A stretch of DNA of 64,000 nt from Oscillospiraceae bacterium. Its GTDB lineage: Bacteria > Bacillota > Clostridia > Oscillospirales > Oscillospiraceae. The stretch is from NCBI GenBank assembly GCA_902801295.1, contig CADCHN010000021.1:13-64012 (forward strand), in the 5' to 3' direction. Positions 9,032 through 17,546 of this stretch are shown here, piece after piece. The notes beneath the pieces are model-generated. The model was not told the origin of the DNA. It ran no database searches and was given only the letters and a program-made list of their open reading frames with translations. Position 1 is the first letter of the stretch; the number at the start of each line of letters is the position of its first letter. The position numbers and the translations under genes were made by a program.

Positions 9032-9044
9032 AATGCCGGGGAAC

Positions 9045-9110
9045 GCAAAAAGGGACGCTCGAATCTGCCTATGCAATTCAAGCATCCCTTCTGTCAAATT
9101 ATTCTATTGT
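9045..9110 (-). promoter_or_regulatory. Conserved promoter/operator-like element, copy A (upstream of the WYL regulator)
   Basis: Shares a 24/24-nt identical block tcccttctgtcaaattattctatt (9085-9108) with 14366-14389 and about 70% identity over about 68 nt. Minus-strand TTGACA at 9092-9097. Imperfect GAAGGGA..TCCCTTC dyad. Confidence 0.55.
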
Positions 9111-9179
9111 CAGTTTACCAGAGTTGTCGAGGATTTGCAACAAAATGTTGGGCGGGAGGTGTTGAGGTTTTAGGACAGC

Positions 9180-9602
9180 TTATTCGTCGTCTTCGTCATT
9201 CCACCCAAGGTCTTCAAAACTTACTTGTTTTTCTTCTTTCTTTGCTTCGACACTAAAACTAACCCAATCGTCATCTGAAAGTCCAATTGCAAAAGATCCA
9301 TGAAGTTCAACAGAGGGAAACTCTTTTTTCAGCGATGCATAGTATTTTATTATCTCTTCATCTAAAAAATGACCTCGAGAGTATACAATATACCCGTGGC
9401 AATCTGATTCAATCTTATCGTCTTTGACGGTTAAATCAAAGATTCCAGCATGTCCATCTGCTGCTTGAAAAACTCCTGCCGGATTGAGCCCAGTGCCCGA
9501 ATAATCTTCCCGCTGTACATCGCCAAACATCTCCGCGTCTTTCGCACGCATCCAAGCAATGATTTCTTGCGTTTGCTCTTTTGCACAGATAATATCTACC
9601 AT
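9180..9602 (-). CDS. Hypothetical acidic protein (140 aa)
   Basis: ORF with a GGAGG RBS, preceded by a consensus-like promoter. AT-richer than its surroundings. Acidic C-terminus (EDLGWNDEDDE). No motif recognised. Confidence 0.5.
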   Translation of the reverse strand: MVDIICAKEQTQEIIAWMRAKDAEMFGDVQREDYSGTGLNPAGVFQAADGHAGIFDLTVKDDKIESDCHGYIVYSRGHFLDEEIIKYYASLKKEFPSVELHGSFAIGLSDDDWVSFSVEAKKEEKQVSFEDLGWNDEDDE

Positions 9603-9627
9603 CTCGCACCTCCAATGTTTTCAACCC

Positions 9628-9733
9628 TATGCTGTACTTCGAATTATAAATTGTAACATTTGGGAAGTCAATCGCAAATCGACCGAAGACGCTCAAAACC
9701 GCCGCAGGTGCGGCGGTTTTGCGACAGTATATC
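9628..9733 (-). repeat. Terminator-plus-promoter cassette, copy A
   Basis: About 105-nt repeat related to 12168-12277. Hairpin aaaaccgccgc-aggt-gcggcggtttt (9695-9720). Minus-strand TTGACT (9666-9671), 17 nt, TATAAT (9643-9648). Confidence 0.7.
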
Positions 9734-9738
9734 AGGCG

Positions 9739-10965
9739 TTATACCAGCGAATCGTCCAGCAGGAAGTCCAGAATGCCGATGTTCAGCACGCCGTTGTCGT
9801 CGTACCAGCGCTTGCGGATGTCGTGGCGTACGATGATCTTCGGGAAAGAGTCGCCGGTCAGGGACAGGGGCTTAACTTCCGCCGCCGCTTTTTCGTCAGT
9901 ATCCAGCGCATAGGCGGACTGGATATAGGTTTTCTTGCCGCCCCGCGAGGCAACGAAGTCGATTTCCCGGGCCACCTGGGCGCTCTGGCCTTTCCTGTTC
10001 TTCTCCGCACCGTAGACGATGCCGATATCCACCTCGCAGCCGCGCACGCGCAGCTCGTTATACAGGATGTTCTCCATGATGTGGGTCATTTCCTGCTGCC
10101 GGAAGCCGGTGCGGGCGCGGCACTCCTCGAACAGATAAGCGTCCGACAGGTGGCCGATATAGGCCGTGACCGTGTTTGCGGCGACGGTGTTTTCCCCCGC
10201 GCGCTTCTGCCGGGAATTCAGGGCGTTGGCGATGTTGTTCGGGTTGGTCAGTGAGCCGACTGAGGAGCAGAGCAGATCCAGCGTTGCACCCAGCACGTCC
10301 TCGCGCCGGATCTTTTTGCGCTCCACGATGTCCTTCAGATAGACCTCGGAAAAAAGCGATTTTAGATAATTCATCTTCGCCGTGTCGTCCGGGCGGGAGA
10401 GGATCAGCGGCATACCGCCGAAAAAGGCATAGTCCTCGAAAGCCTCCGCCTTGTCTCCGCCCACCGCCGCGTAATACTCCGCAAAGCGCAGCGGGTGGAC
10501 ACGGATCTCATCGCTGCGGCCGCGAAACTCGGTGAGGATATCGCTGGAGAGCATGCGGGAATTGCTGCCGGTCACATAGATATCCAGATTGTCCAGCGAT
10601 TTCAGATCGTTGAGCGCGTCGTAAAAGGTGATCTTCTTCCCGTCCGGATTGTAGGGGTTCGGCACCTCGTCGGACATCTGGATCTCATCCACGAAGAGAT
10701 ACCAGCGATCCGGCTGCCCCTCGACCCGCTCCCGCACGGCCTTCGCCAGCTCCAGCGGGTTGCGGTAACGGATATCTTTCGCCAGATCCAGCTCATAGCT
10801 GAGGATGTGATCCTCGGCCACGCCTTGCTCCAGCAGCCAGCGCTTGAAGATCGTGCGCAGCAGATAGCTCTTGCCGCAGCGGCGGATGCCGGTGATGACC
10901 TTGACCTGCCCGTTCCACATATAGGAAATGATCCGATTCAGATAGATGTCGCGTTTGATATCCAT
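9739..10965 (-). CDS. AAA+ ATPase with C-terminal DUF4143 (AAA_14/DUF4143 family)
   Basis: Start at MDIKRDIYLNR (ATG 10965, AGGAGG RBS). Walker A ITGIRRCGKSYLL, Walker B LFVDEIQ. C-terminal part matches the restriction-endonuclease-like DUF4143 arrangement (EIDFV). Confidence 0.8.
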   Translation of the reverse strand: MDIKRDIYLNRIISYMWNGQVKVITGIRRCGKSYLLRTIFKRWLLEQGVAEDHILSYELDLAKDIRYRNPLELAKAVRERVEGQPDRWYLFVDEIQMSDEVPNPYNPDGKKITFYDALNDLKSLDNLDIYVTGSNSRMLSSDILTEFRGRSDEIRVHPLRFAEYYAAVGGDKAEAFEDYAFFGGMPLILSRPDDTAKMNYLKSLFSEVYLKDIVERKKIRREDVLGATLDLLCSSVGSLTNPNNIANALNSRQKRAGENTVAANTVTAYIGHLSDAYLFEECRARTGFRQQEMTHIMENILYNELRVRGCEVDIGIVYGAEKNRKGQSAQVAREIDFVASRGGKKTYIQSAYALDTDEKAAAEVKPLSLTGDSFPKIIVRHDIRKRWYDDNGVLNIGILDFLLDDSLV

Positions 10966-11177
10966 AGAAACCTCCTGTTGAGAACTTGTTAAGTCTATTA
11001 TACAACTTCTCAACAAGAATAATACACTTTACCAATGCTCTTGTCAATGCCGCTGTTGAGAAGTTACGAAAAATATTAGCCAACTTCTCAATAATGTTCC
11101 AGACGAACACGCCGGATTTTCCCGACAGTCGAGAAAATCCGGCGTGTTGTGATCTATCGAACTGTATTAGCCGGGGT

Positions 11178-12143
11178 TTACTGCTCTTCCAAAGCTTTTT
11201 TGTAATCCAGCAGTTCGGCGGTCAACTCAGCGTCATTATATGCTGATCCAAGATCGAAGAAGACGGAATAGGATTCTGCGCTGATACACTTATTAGTCAG
11301 CAGTTCACGAAGCTCCATTCTGTTTTCCGCGGAGAAGATCTCTGTGACGAATTCAATGGCCGCTTGATCCCCTGCGGCCGCTGCTTTCAAATAGCAATCC
11401 CAGGCTTTGTTCAGATCCTTCTCGACGCCTGCAAGTCCTGTCTCGTAAAGCATACCAAGATCCAAAAGTCGGGCCGAATCGTCCGTCCCTGTTATGGTCA
11501 GGGCAAGGAGCTCTGCCAAGGATTCTTTTTCAGATTCGATGCACTCCTGCAGGTATTCCTCATCCCCGACAATGTTTCCCTCATTATCTATTTGCATGGA
11601 TTCATAATCATGATCCTCATCTGAGAAATCATCCTCTTCCGGAATTATGTCTTCTTCCTCCGGGATTACATCGCTAAGATCAATCGTTTCTCCACATTCG
11701 GAGCAATCATAGGTTTCCCCAAATGCTTCCTCTTCGCCCACCAAAAGGCGGCAACCGCAATGAGGGCACTCAAAGGAATACATGATCTCATCCGCATAAA
11801 CCAATTCAGAACGGAAGCGCAAAGAACCGTTTTCAAACTCTATGTCATTGATCGACTCGTCCCCACCGCCGACCTCTTCCTTCATAAAGGTATAATATCT
11901 GAAATTCGCTTGGGGCAAAGCTCGGGCGAGTGAAATAAAGACCCCTTCGTCCACATCGTCCCATCCGTTTACATCCGTCAGCCAGCTAAAAACCAGAGCA
12001 TCCTCCGTATTTTCCTCAACGAAACCATTTCTATGCCTGAAATGGCCGTCATATCCGGTCAGCAAACTAAACAATCTATAGTGGATCTTTCCTTGCCTGC
12101 GTGTTCCGCTAAAGCCGCCTTCAAATCGGGAATCTACACTCAT
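11178..12143 (-). CDS. Hypothetical protein with an internal zinc ribbon, a very acidic linker and a C-terminal Sel1-like repeat
   Basis: 321 aa. CPHCGC..17..CSECG. DLSDVIPEEEDIIPEEDDFSDEDHDYE. LGMLYETGLAGVEKDLNKAWDCYLKAAAAGD. Confidence 0.55.
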   Translation of the reverse strand: MSVDSRFEGGFSGTRRQGKIHYRLFSLLTGYDGHFRHRNGFVEENTEDALVFSWLTDVNGWDDVDEGVFISLARALPQANFRYYTFMKEEVGGGDESINDIEFENGSLRFRSELVYADEIMYSFECPHCGCRLLVGEEEAFGETYDCSECGETIDLSDVIPEEEDIIPEEDDFSDEDHDYESMQIDNEGNIVGDEEYLQECIESEKESLAELLALTITGTDDSARLLDLGMLYETGLAGVEKDLNKAWDCYLKAAAAGDQAAIEFVTEIFSAENRMELRELLTNKCISAESYSVFFDLGSAYNDAELTAELLDYKKALEEQ

Positions 12144-12167
12144 GACACTCCGTCCTTCCTGTTTTTT

Positions 12168-12277
12168 CAGCTATCGCTGTACCTCAAATTATATATATAT
12201 ATATTCAAAGTCAACCGCAAATCGCCCCAAAACGCCCAAAACCGCCGCAGGTGCGGCGGTTTTGCGACAGTATTTGG
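12168..12277 (-). repeat. Terminator-plus-promoter cassette, copy B
   Basis: Same hairpin aaaaccgccgcaggtgcggcggtttt (12238-12264) and flanks (gcgacagtat; caaatcg; TTGACT box) as copy A. An (AT)n tract replaces part of the spacer. Confidence 0.7.
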
Positions 12278-12302
12278 CTTCTTCCTCAAGGGAAAGGCTT
12301 TT

Positions 12303-12488
12303 TCAGAACACCGCGACCCATTGACGGCAGCGCGGGCAGGTACCATGGGGATAGGGCACGGGGATCACCTCATAGTTTTCAAATTCCCACACGATGCCGC
12401 AGTTGGTGCAGGTGCCGACGAAGGTGCCGTGATCCGTCGGGCCGTTCTGGTAGTTGTTGTCTGCGCCGCCGTATTGATCGTCAAACAT
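12303..12488 (-). CDS. Small zinc-ribbon protein (61 aa)
   Basis: Start at MFDDQYGG (ATG 12488, GGAG RBS), 17 nt after the stop of the Sel1-repeat gene. CTNCG...CPRC. Confidence 0.4.
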   Translation of the reverse strand: MFDDQYGGADNNYQNGPTDHGTFVGTCTNCGIVWEFENYEVIPVPYPHGTCPRCRQWVAVF

Positions 12489-12504
12489 CGTCTTGCTCTC
12501 CTGT

Positions 12505-14298
12505 TCAAAACAGTTTCCCGCTGCCGTAGATCTCACTCGGGATGTAATCCCAGCCAAGGCGTTTCTTCATCTCGGGCTTGGTGGCGTCGATGTGAATGCG
12601 CACCTCGATCACGGGATTCATGCGCTTGCTCTCCAGCCTAGAATAGGGAACGGAAGTGATGACCTCCGCCGCATAGGGGATGCCCTCGGCCAGCAGATCC
12701 TTCAGCCAACTGTCTGAAGAAACGTCACCCACGTCGCCGGCTGCCGTCACGAAGTCGATGCGGCTGCCGTCATCGCTCATCCGGAGCGTCACCTGATCGC
12801 CCACGTTCACGCGCTCGCTGCGCTCCTTGCGGTCGCCCTTTTTGGTGTTGGTGAGCTTGCATTCATAGTCCGGCATCGGGCCCATCTCGGCGCGCAGCTG
12901 CTCCAGCATCTCAACGAACTGGGGGTCTCCGCTCTCCGCCGCCTTGCTGAGCCACTTTTCGGCCTGCACCTCGTCCTTTTCCACACCGCTTCCCTGCATA
13001 TAGAGAAGCCCGATGATGCCCGCCGCCTCGGAGTCGGTTTCACTCAGTTCCTCCAGCAGGGACATGGCGCGCTCCCTGTCTACACCGTGATCATAAACCT
13101 TTTCGCCCTCAAAATAGCAGGCGAAAGCGTAGGCCTTGATGGCGCCCGGGTCTCCGTCCTCGATGCCCTCCAGCAGCTCGTCCATGTCGTAGTCCGGCTC
13201 TTTTACGGCAGGCTCCTGGCCAAAGGCCACGTTCACCAGATCGTTGGCCTGCAGATAGCTGAAGAAGCTCATGAGCTCAATATCCGGGGGCAGGGTGCCC
13301 TCGTCGATCAGCTGCTGCCGGTAGCGGTAGAAGTGGGCCATGCTGGACGCCCGCTCGTCGCCAAGCTCGGCCGCCCGGTCGTACCAGAAGATGGACTTCT
13401 CATAGTCAGAGGGGTCGAGGTTAATGTACTGCACCGCGAGCTGGGCAGCCACACGCACGTCGCCCGGCTCCTTTTCCTCCGCCTTGAGCAGATAGCCGAT
13501 GATCCGCTCAACCGGCATGATGGGCCGCGGCTGGTTCCCGCTCTCCAGCGAAATGCTGGCCGCGGCAGCGCAATGGCCCTGCTCGGCTGCCTTGATGGCC
13601 CATTCCAGGGCAGCGTCGTCATCCTGCGGCACGCCGGAGCCGTTCTTGAAGCAGACCGCATAGCAGTACTGGCACTCGGGGCTTCCGAGCTCTGCACCGG
13701 CCTTGTACAGCTCCGCCGCCTTGACGGGATCCTTTTCCACGCCCACGCCGTAATCGTAGCGGGTTCCAAGGCAGTGATAGCCCCGGGGGCAGCCCTGCTC
13801 CACTGAGCGCTGCGCCATCTCAAAGGACTCTTTCTTGTTTTCCTCGCTGGGGTAATTGGCCAGCAGCGTGGAGAATCGGGCCTGGGCCTCCGCGTCCCCC
13901 GCATAGGCTTTCTTTTCAATCTCCGGCGCATCCTTCAGAATCTTGAGCTGGCCGGGGGCGTCCGCGTCGCCGTTTTCAGATGCAAGCTCCATCCAGCGAA
14001 TGGCCTCGGTAAAGTCGCGCTTGATGCCCTCGCCGCGGGCGCACTGGATGCCCATATTGTACTGAGCCACCGGCTCGTCCAGATCGGCTGCCATGCAATA
14101 ATACTCCACGGCCTTCACCGGGTCGCGCTCCACACCGTCCCCGGTCAGGTAGGCAAAGCCCATCTGGAGCATGGCCTCCGGGTCGCCGCTCTCAGCGCCC
14201 ATGTGTTCCCAGAACAGGTCGCGCTTGAATTCGCCGGTCACAGGATCCTTGTAGCCTGCTTTGAAGCTGATGATTCCTCCGTTGTCATTGTTCGGCAT
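12505..14298 (-). CDS. Sel1-like repeat (SLR/TPR-family) protein with a distinct C-terminal about 120-aa domain (weakly HIRAN-like)
   Basis: 597 aa. Many units of the type GDPEAMLQMGFAYLTGDGVERDPVKAVEYY. The C-terminal NVGDQVTLRMSDDGSRIDFVTAAGDVGDVSSDSWLKDLLAEGIPYAAEV fits a HIRAN-type pattern only loosely. Confidence 0.75.
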   Translation of the reverse strand: MPNNDNGGIISFKAGYKDPVTGEFKRDLFWEHMGAESGDPEAMLQMGFAYLTGDGVERDPVKAVEYYCMAADLDEPVAQYNMGIQCARGEGIKRDFTEAIRWMELASENGDADAPGQLKILKDAPEIEKKAYAGDAEAQARFSTLLANYPSEENKKESFEMAQRSVEQGCPRGYHCLGTRYDYGVGVEKDPVKAAELYKAGAELGSPECQYCYAVCFKNGSGVPQDDDAALEWAIKAAEQGHCAAAASISLESGNQPRPIMPVERIIGYLLKAEEKEPGDVRVAAQLAVQYINLDPSDYEKSIFWYDRAAELGDERASSMAHFYRYRQQLIDEGTLPPDIELMSFFSYLQANDLVNVAFGQEPAVKEPDYDMDELLEGIEDGDPGAIKAYAFACYFEGEKVYDHGVDRERAMSLLEELSETDSEAAGIIGLLYMQGSGVEKDEVQAEKWLSKAAESGDPQFVEMLEQLRAEMGPMPDYECKLTNTKKGDRKERSERVNVGDQVTLRMSDDGSRIDFVTAAGDVGDVSSDSWLKDLLAEGIPYAAEVITSVPYSRLESKRMNPVIEVRIHIDATKPEMKKRLGWDYIPSEIYGSGKLF

Positions 14299-14328
14299 GA
14301 TGACGTCTCCCTTTCCTATTTTTTCGCG

Positions 14329-14390
14329 CAGAAGGGACGGTGGAAGCGTCTATGCAGTTCCATCGTCCCTTCTGTCAAATTATTCTATTT
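14329..14390 (-). promoter_or_regulatory. Conserved promoter/operator-like element, copy B (upstream of the Sel1-repeat gene)
   Basis: Perfect 11-bp inverted repeat cagaagggacg (14329-14339) / cgtcccttctg (14364-14374) with a 24-nt spacer. Minus-strand TTGACA at 14373-14378. 24-nt block identical to copy A. Confidence 0.6.
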
Positions 14391-14472
14391 TCATTATAAT
14401 GCGCTGCCATATGATGCGCAACTGTTTTTTCGCCTCCAGCTGCTGCAAAAGAACGACAGTAGGAGCTTTGCC

Positions 14473-16335
14473 TTATAGCTTCGCAAAGATGATCTCCAGA
14501 TCCTCCTCGCTGGTGGGCATGGTTTCGAGGATGTGGTTGTCGATGGCGTCCAGCATGATCTGCTCTTTTTCCTTCAGCCGGTCATAGATAGCCTGATCCA
14601 TGGACCAGGGGCCGTCGTTGGTCTGATAGCCGGTCTCCAGGTAGTAATACTGGGTGTACTGCCCCTCCGGCAGACCCAGGCGATGGATGCGGTCCTTGGA
14701 CTGGAGCAGATGCACCAGGTTGTAGCTGTACTCAAAATACACCGCGTCGTGGCAGACGCTGTGCAGGGACACCGACTCCGCCAGCGTGTGGGGATTCGTC
14801 AGAAGGACCTGGATCTCGCCGCTGCGAAAATCGGACAAAATCTGCTGGCGTTCCTCCAGCGGCACCTCGCCGTAGACGCAGCGGCAGCGGACGCCGCGCT
14901 TTTCCAGCTCTGCGGAAAGGCGGTGAATGGAGTCGATGAAGATGCACCAAAGGATAACTGGCTTGCCCTCCTGCGTCAGCTTCTCCGTCAGCTCCACGCA
15001 TTTGCGGAATTTGGACGGCACACCGCAGCCCTCGATCAGAGCGCGGACCTCGCCGCTGTAGTCGGCATAGTCGATCTCGTCAGCGTCCACGCTGTCGTCC
15101 AGCAAATATTCAAAGTTCTTGAGGCTCAAGTTCTCCAACAGGGCGCGGGGATTGGATTCCAGCTGCAGGATGCGGATCAGCAGCGCCAGCTTGTTCTTCT
15201 TATACTTCATGGACAGGATCTTCAAGATCCGGTTCTCGTCCGGCGTGGCCTCCGTCGGCACCATGGTGTCGGGATTGGCACGGGGGACGCCCAGCTGATC
15301 CTTGGTGGTGCGGCAGAAGAAGGGCTGCAGCTTGTCGTTGACCGCCTGCACGTCCTGGACCGCGGGCTTGCGGAGCTGAGCGGGCGTGAAGCCGAAGAAT
15401 TCCTCATACTCGTAGGGGAAGAGAATGTGCAGCAGGTTATACACGTCCGTATAGGCATTGGGCAGCGGCGTTCCGGTGAGGGCGATCACATAGGCCGCGT
15501 CCCTGGCCACGTTCAGGGCATGGGAGGCATACTCGCCGCCGATGCGCTTGACCTTGTGCACCTCGTCGAAGACCAGAAGCGTCCGATCCTCGGCCAGCGT
15601 CTTGAGAATGTCGTCCAGCTGCCCGACGGACTCATAATTGACCAGGATCAGGTTGCATCCGCCTGACTCGTATTCCAGCGCAGTGCGGCGATCCTTGGTA
15701 CCCTTGTAGGCCGGGTTGTGGATGTTCAGGACCCGCAGCGGCTCCTTCGCACCGAAGCAGGCCGTGAACTCGTCCATCCAGGAGCCGAAGGCGTTTTTCG
15801 GGCAAATGACCAGGATGCGTTTGACCGCGCCTTTGGCGGCAAGATAGGCATAGACGCCCAGCACCGAGGCCGTCTTGCCCGAGCCGGGAACGGAGAAGTT
15901 GGCGGACTTCTGCATGGCGCACATGAAGAAGCTGTCCCACATCTGCCGCTCCCGCAGGGGGCGCACCATTCTGCTGTCCACAACGGCTTTATATTTCTCA
16001 TAGCGCTCGGCCAGCTTGGGATCGTGGGCTTTCAGTTCCGCACCCAGGCGGGAGCGGATCTCGATGTGCATCTCTCTGGCGGCAATATAGTCCCGCAGGG
16101 CGTTGGACACCGTAAAGGCCGTGTCACGCTTTTCGCTTTCCCGGGTCACCAGATCGATGACTTTTTTGTAATCCAGGTAGGTTAGGGCGGGCTTGAAGCG
16201 CAGGAAGCCCGGCAGCGCCTCTTTCACATAGCGCCGCAGGAAGAGCTTATAGAAGCTCCCGGCCAGAAGGGCGTCCGTTTCCTCGGCAGGCAGACGCATC
16301 AGCAGCGCGCCGTCATAGTCCAGCAGCCACATCAC
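14473..16335 (-). CDS. SNF2-family helicase/translocase
   Basis: 620 aa. Walker A VPGSGKTA, DEVH box LLVFDEVHKV, LTGTPLPN, helicase-C motif VI QSKDRIHRLGL. The start overlaps the stop of the upstream gene (ATGA at 16332-16335). Confidence 0.85.
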   Translation of the reverse strand: MMWLLDYDGALLMRLPAEETDALLAGSFYKLFLRRYVKEALPGFLRFKPALTYLDYKKVIDLVTRESEKRDTAFTVSNALRDYIAAREMHIEIRSRLGAELKAHDPKLAERYEKYKAVVDSRMVRPLRERQMWDSFFMCAMQKSANFSVPGSGKTASVLGVYAYLAAKGAVKRILVICPKNAFGSWMDEFTACFGAKEPLRVLNIHNPAYKGTKDRRTALEYESGGCNLILVNYESVGQLDDILKTLAEDRTLLVFDEVHKVKRIGGEYASHALNVARDAAYVIALTGTPLPNAYTDVYNLLHILFPYEYEEFFGFTPAQLRKPAVQDVQAVNDKLQPFFCRTTKDQLGVPRANPDTMVPTEATPDENRILKILSMKYKKNKLALLIRILQLESNPRALLENLSLKNFEYLLDDSVDADEIDYADYSGEVRALIEGCGVPSKFRKCVELTEKLTQEGKPVILWCIFIDSIHRLSAELEKRGVRCRCVYGEVPLEERQQILSDFRSGEIQVLLTNPHTLAESVSLHSVCHDAVYFEYSYNLVHLLQSKDRIHRLGLPEGQYTQYYYLETGYQTNDGPWSMDQAIYDRLKEKEQIMLDAIDNHILETMPTSEEDLEIIFAKL

Positions 16336-17546
16336 AGATTCTCCCGCAGCTCGGCGATTACGGCCTCCAGCCGGTCAAGCTGCCGCTCGAAACGGCGCAG
16401 CTCGCTGTCGTTCATCTTCAGCAGAATATTGGCGTCGATATCGTCCAGGAAGCTGGTGGCCTTCTCGGCCAGCTGGATGGGGCGGTTGCGGGTCTCATTT
16501 TTCTTGACCTTGGTCGTGGCCTTCTCGAGGGAGCGATCCAGCGCCTCAGTGATCTCGGTATTGGTGCGGATCTCCTCCCGGATGCTCTCGCTGCTGACCT
16601 TGCCCACCGGCGGAAGGCTGTCCACGACCTGCATGGCCAGTTCCTGCTGCTCGGAGAGGAACTCCTCCTGATACTCGCTGCCTACGATGGCCTTGATGCT
16701 GCGGATATAGCGGGTCATGTCCCCGGAGGGCTTCATGAGAATGTTGGTAAAGACCGCGATCTTGATGTCCTCCGCCTCGTCCTCCGTGCGGCACTTTTTC
16801 ATCAGCCGTGCAAGCTCCTCCAGAGGGAAAACTACCTGCAGGTCGCGGGCAATATAAAACTGCTTCGGCGCGTTAATGAATTCCAGGAAGTCCACCATAA
16901 GCTGGGCTGTCTCCATACGGGATCTTACCTGAGCGGGCGTCTCGTTGGTGCTCTTGGCATATTCCTCAACGGTCAGCAGCCCGGTGTCGATGATATCGTT
17001 GTACACGCCGACCAGCCGATCCACGGGGTTGTAGTCCACGCGGGCCTCTTCTCCGTGCTGGATCGACAGCTCCAGCATTTTGATCTGCTTGGCGCTGTGC
17101 TCGATGCTGTGATCGAGGATGACGGTCTCAAAGTACCCAAAACGGGGATTCTTCTGCTGCAGGCGGCGCAGACAGGTGAAGCGGCGGTTGCCGTCGATGA
17201 TGCGCCCGTCGCACAGGATCACGCCCGGTTCCCGCTGATCCACCATCTCGATGTTGTTCTGGGTCTTCTTGATGGCGTCCGGATTGCTTTCGATGATGAA
17301 CTGTTCGATCAGGGCGTTGTAGGCCTCCCGATCGGCGGAGCTTGGCGCCTGGCCGCCGTGCTGGGACTTATACTGACTGATCCAGGTAGCGATGCGGTCG
17401 TTCTGATCGTTGTAAAAGAGCTGATCCAGCTTTACCTTATAGACAGGGTAGGCCTTGGTGATGCCGTCGATGGTCAGCTTGCGGCTGAGCGTGGTGGGTT
17501 CCACAAGGTGCAGGGCGAGGCCCTCGGTCAACAGATTCATGTTCAT
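16332..17546 (-). CDS. ParB/Srx-fold (ParB N-terminal-domain-like) protein
   Basis: 404 aa. VKLDQLFYNDQNDRI (ParB box-I-like) and ILCDGRIIDGNRRFTCLRRL (DGxxR box as in ParB/DndB/DUF262). Helical C-terminal half. 4-nt overlaps with both neighbours. Confidence 0.6.
   Translation of the reverse strand: MNMNLLTEGLALHLVEPTTLSRKLTIDGITKAYPVYKVKLDQLFYNDQNDRIATWISQYKSQHGGQAPSSADREAYNALIEQFIIESNPDAIKKTQNNIEMVDQREPGVILCDGRIIDGNRRFTCLRRLQQKNPRFGYFETVILDHSIEHSAKQIKMLELSIQHGEEARVDYNPVDRLVGVYNDIIDTGLLTVEEYAKSTNETPAQVRSRMETAQLMVDFLEFINAPKQFYIARDLQVVFPLEELARLMKKCRTEDEAEDIKIAVFTNILMKPSGDMTRYIRSIKAIVGSEYQEEFLSEQQELAMQVVDSLPPVGKVSSESIREEIRTNTEITEALDRSLEKATTKVKKNETRNRPIQLAEKATSFLDDIDANILLKMNDSELRRFERQLDRLEAVIAELRENL

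Noticed and set aside
9739-10965. DUF4143 ATPase as part of a named defence system
   Set aside because: This family is very common as a solitary gene in Clostridia and Bacteroidia. I see no partner gene or known system signature here, so it is reported only as a feature.
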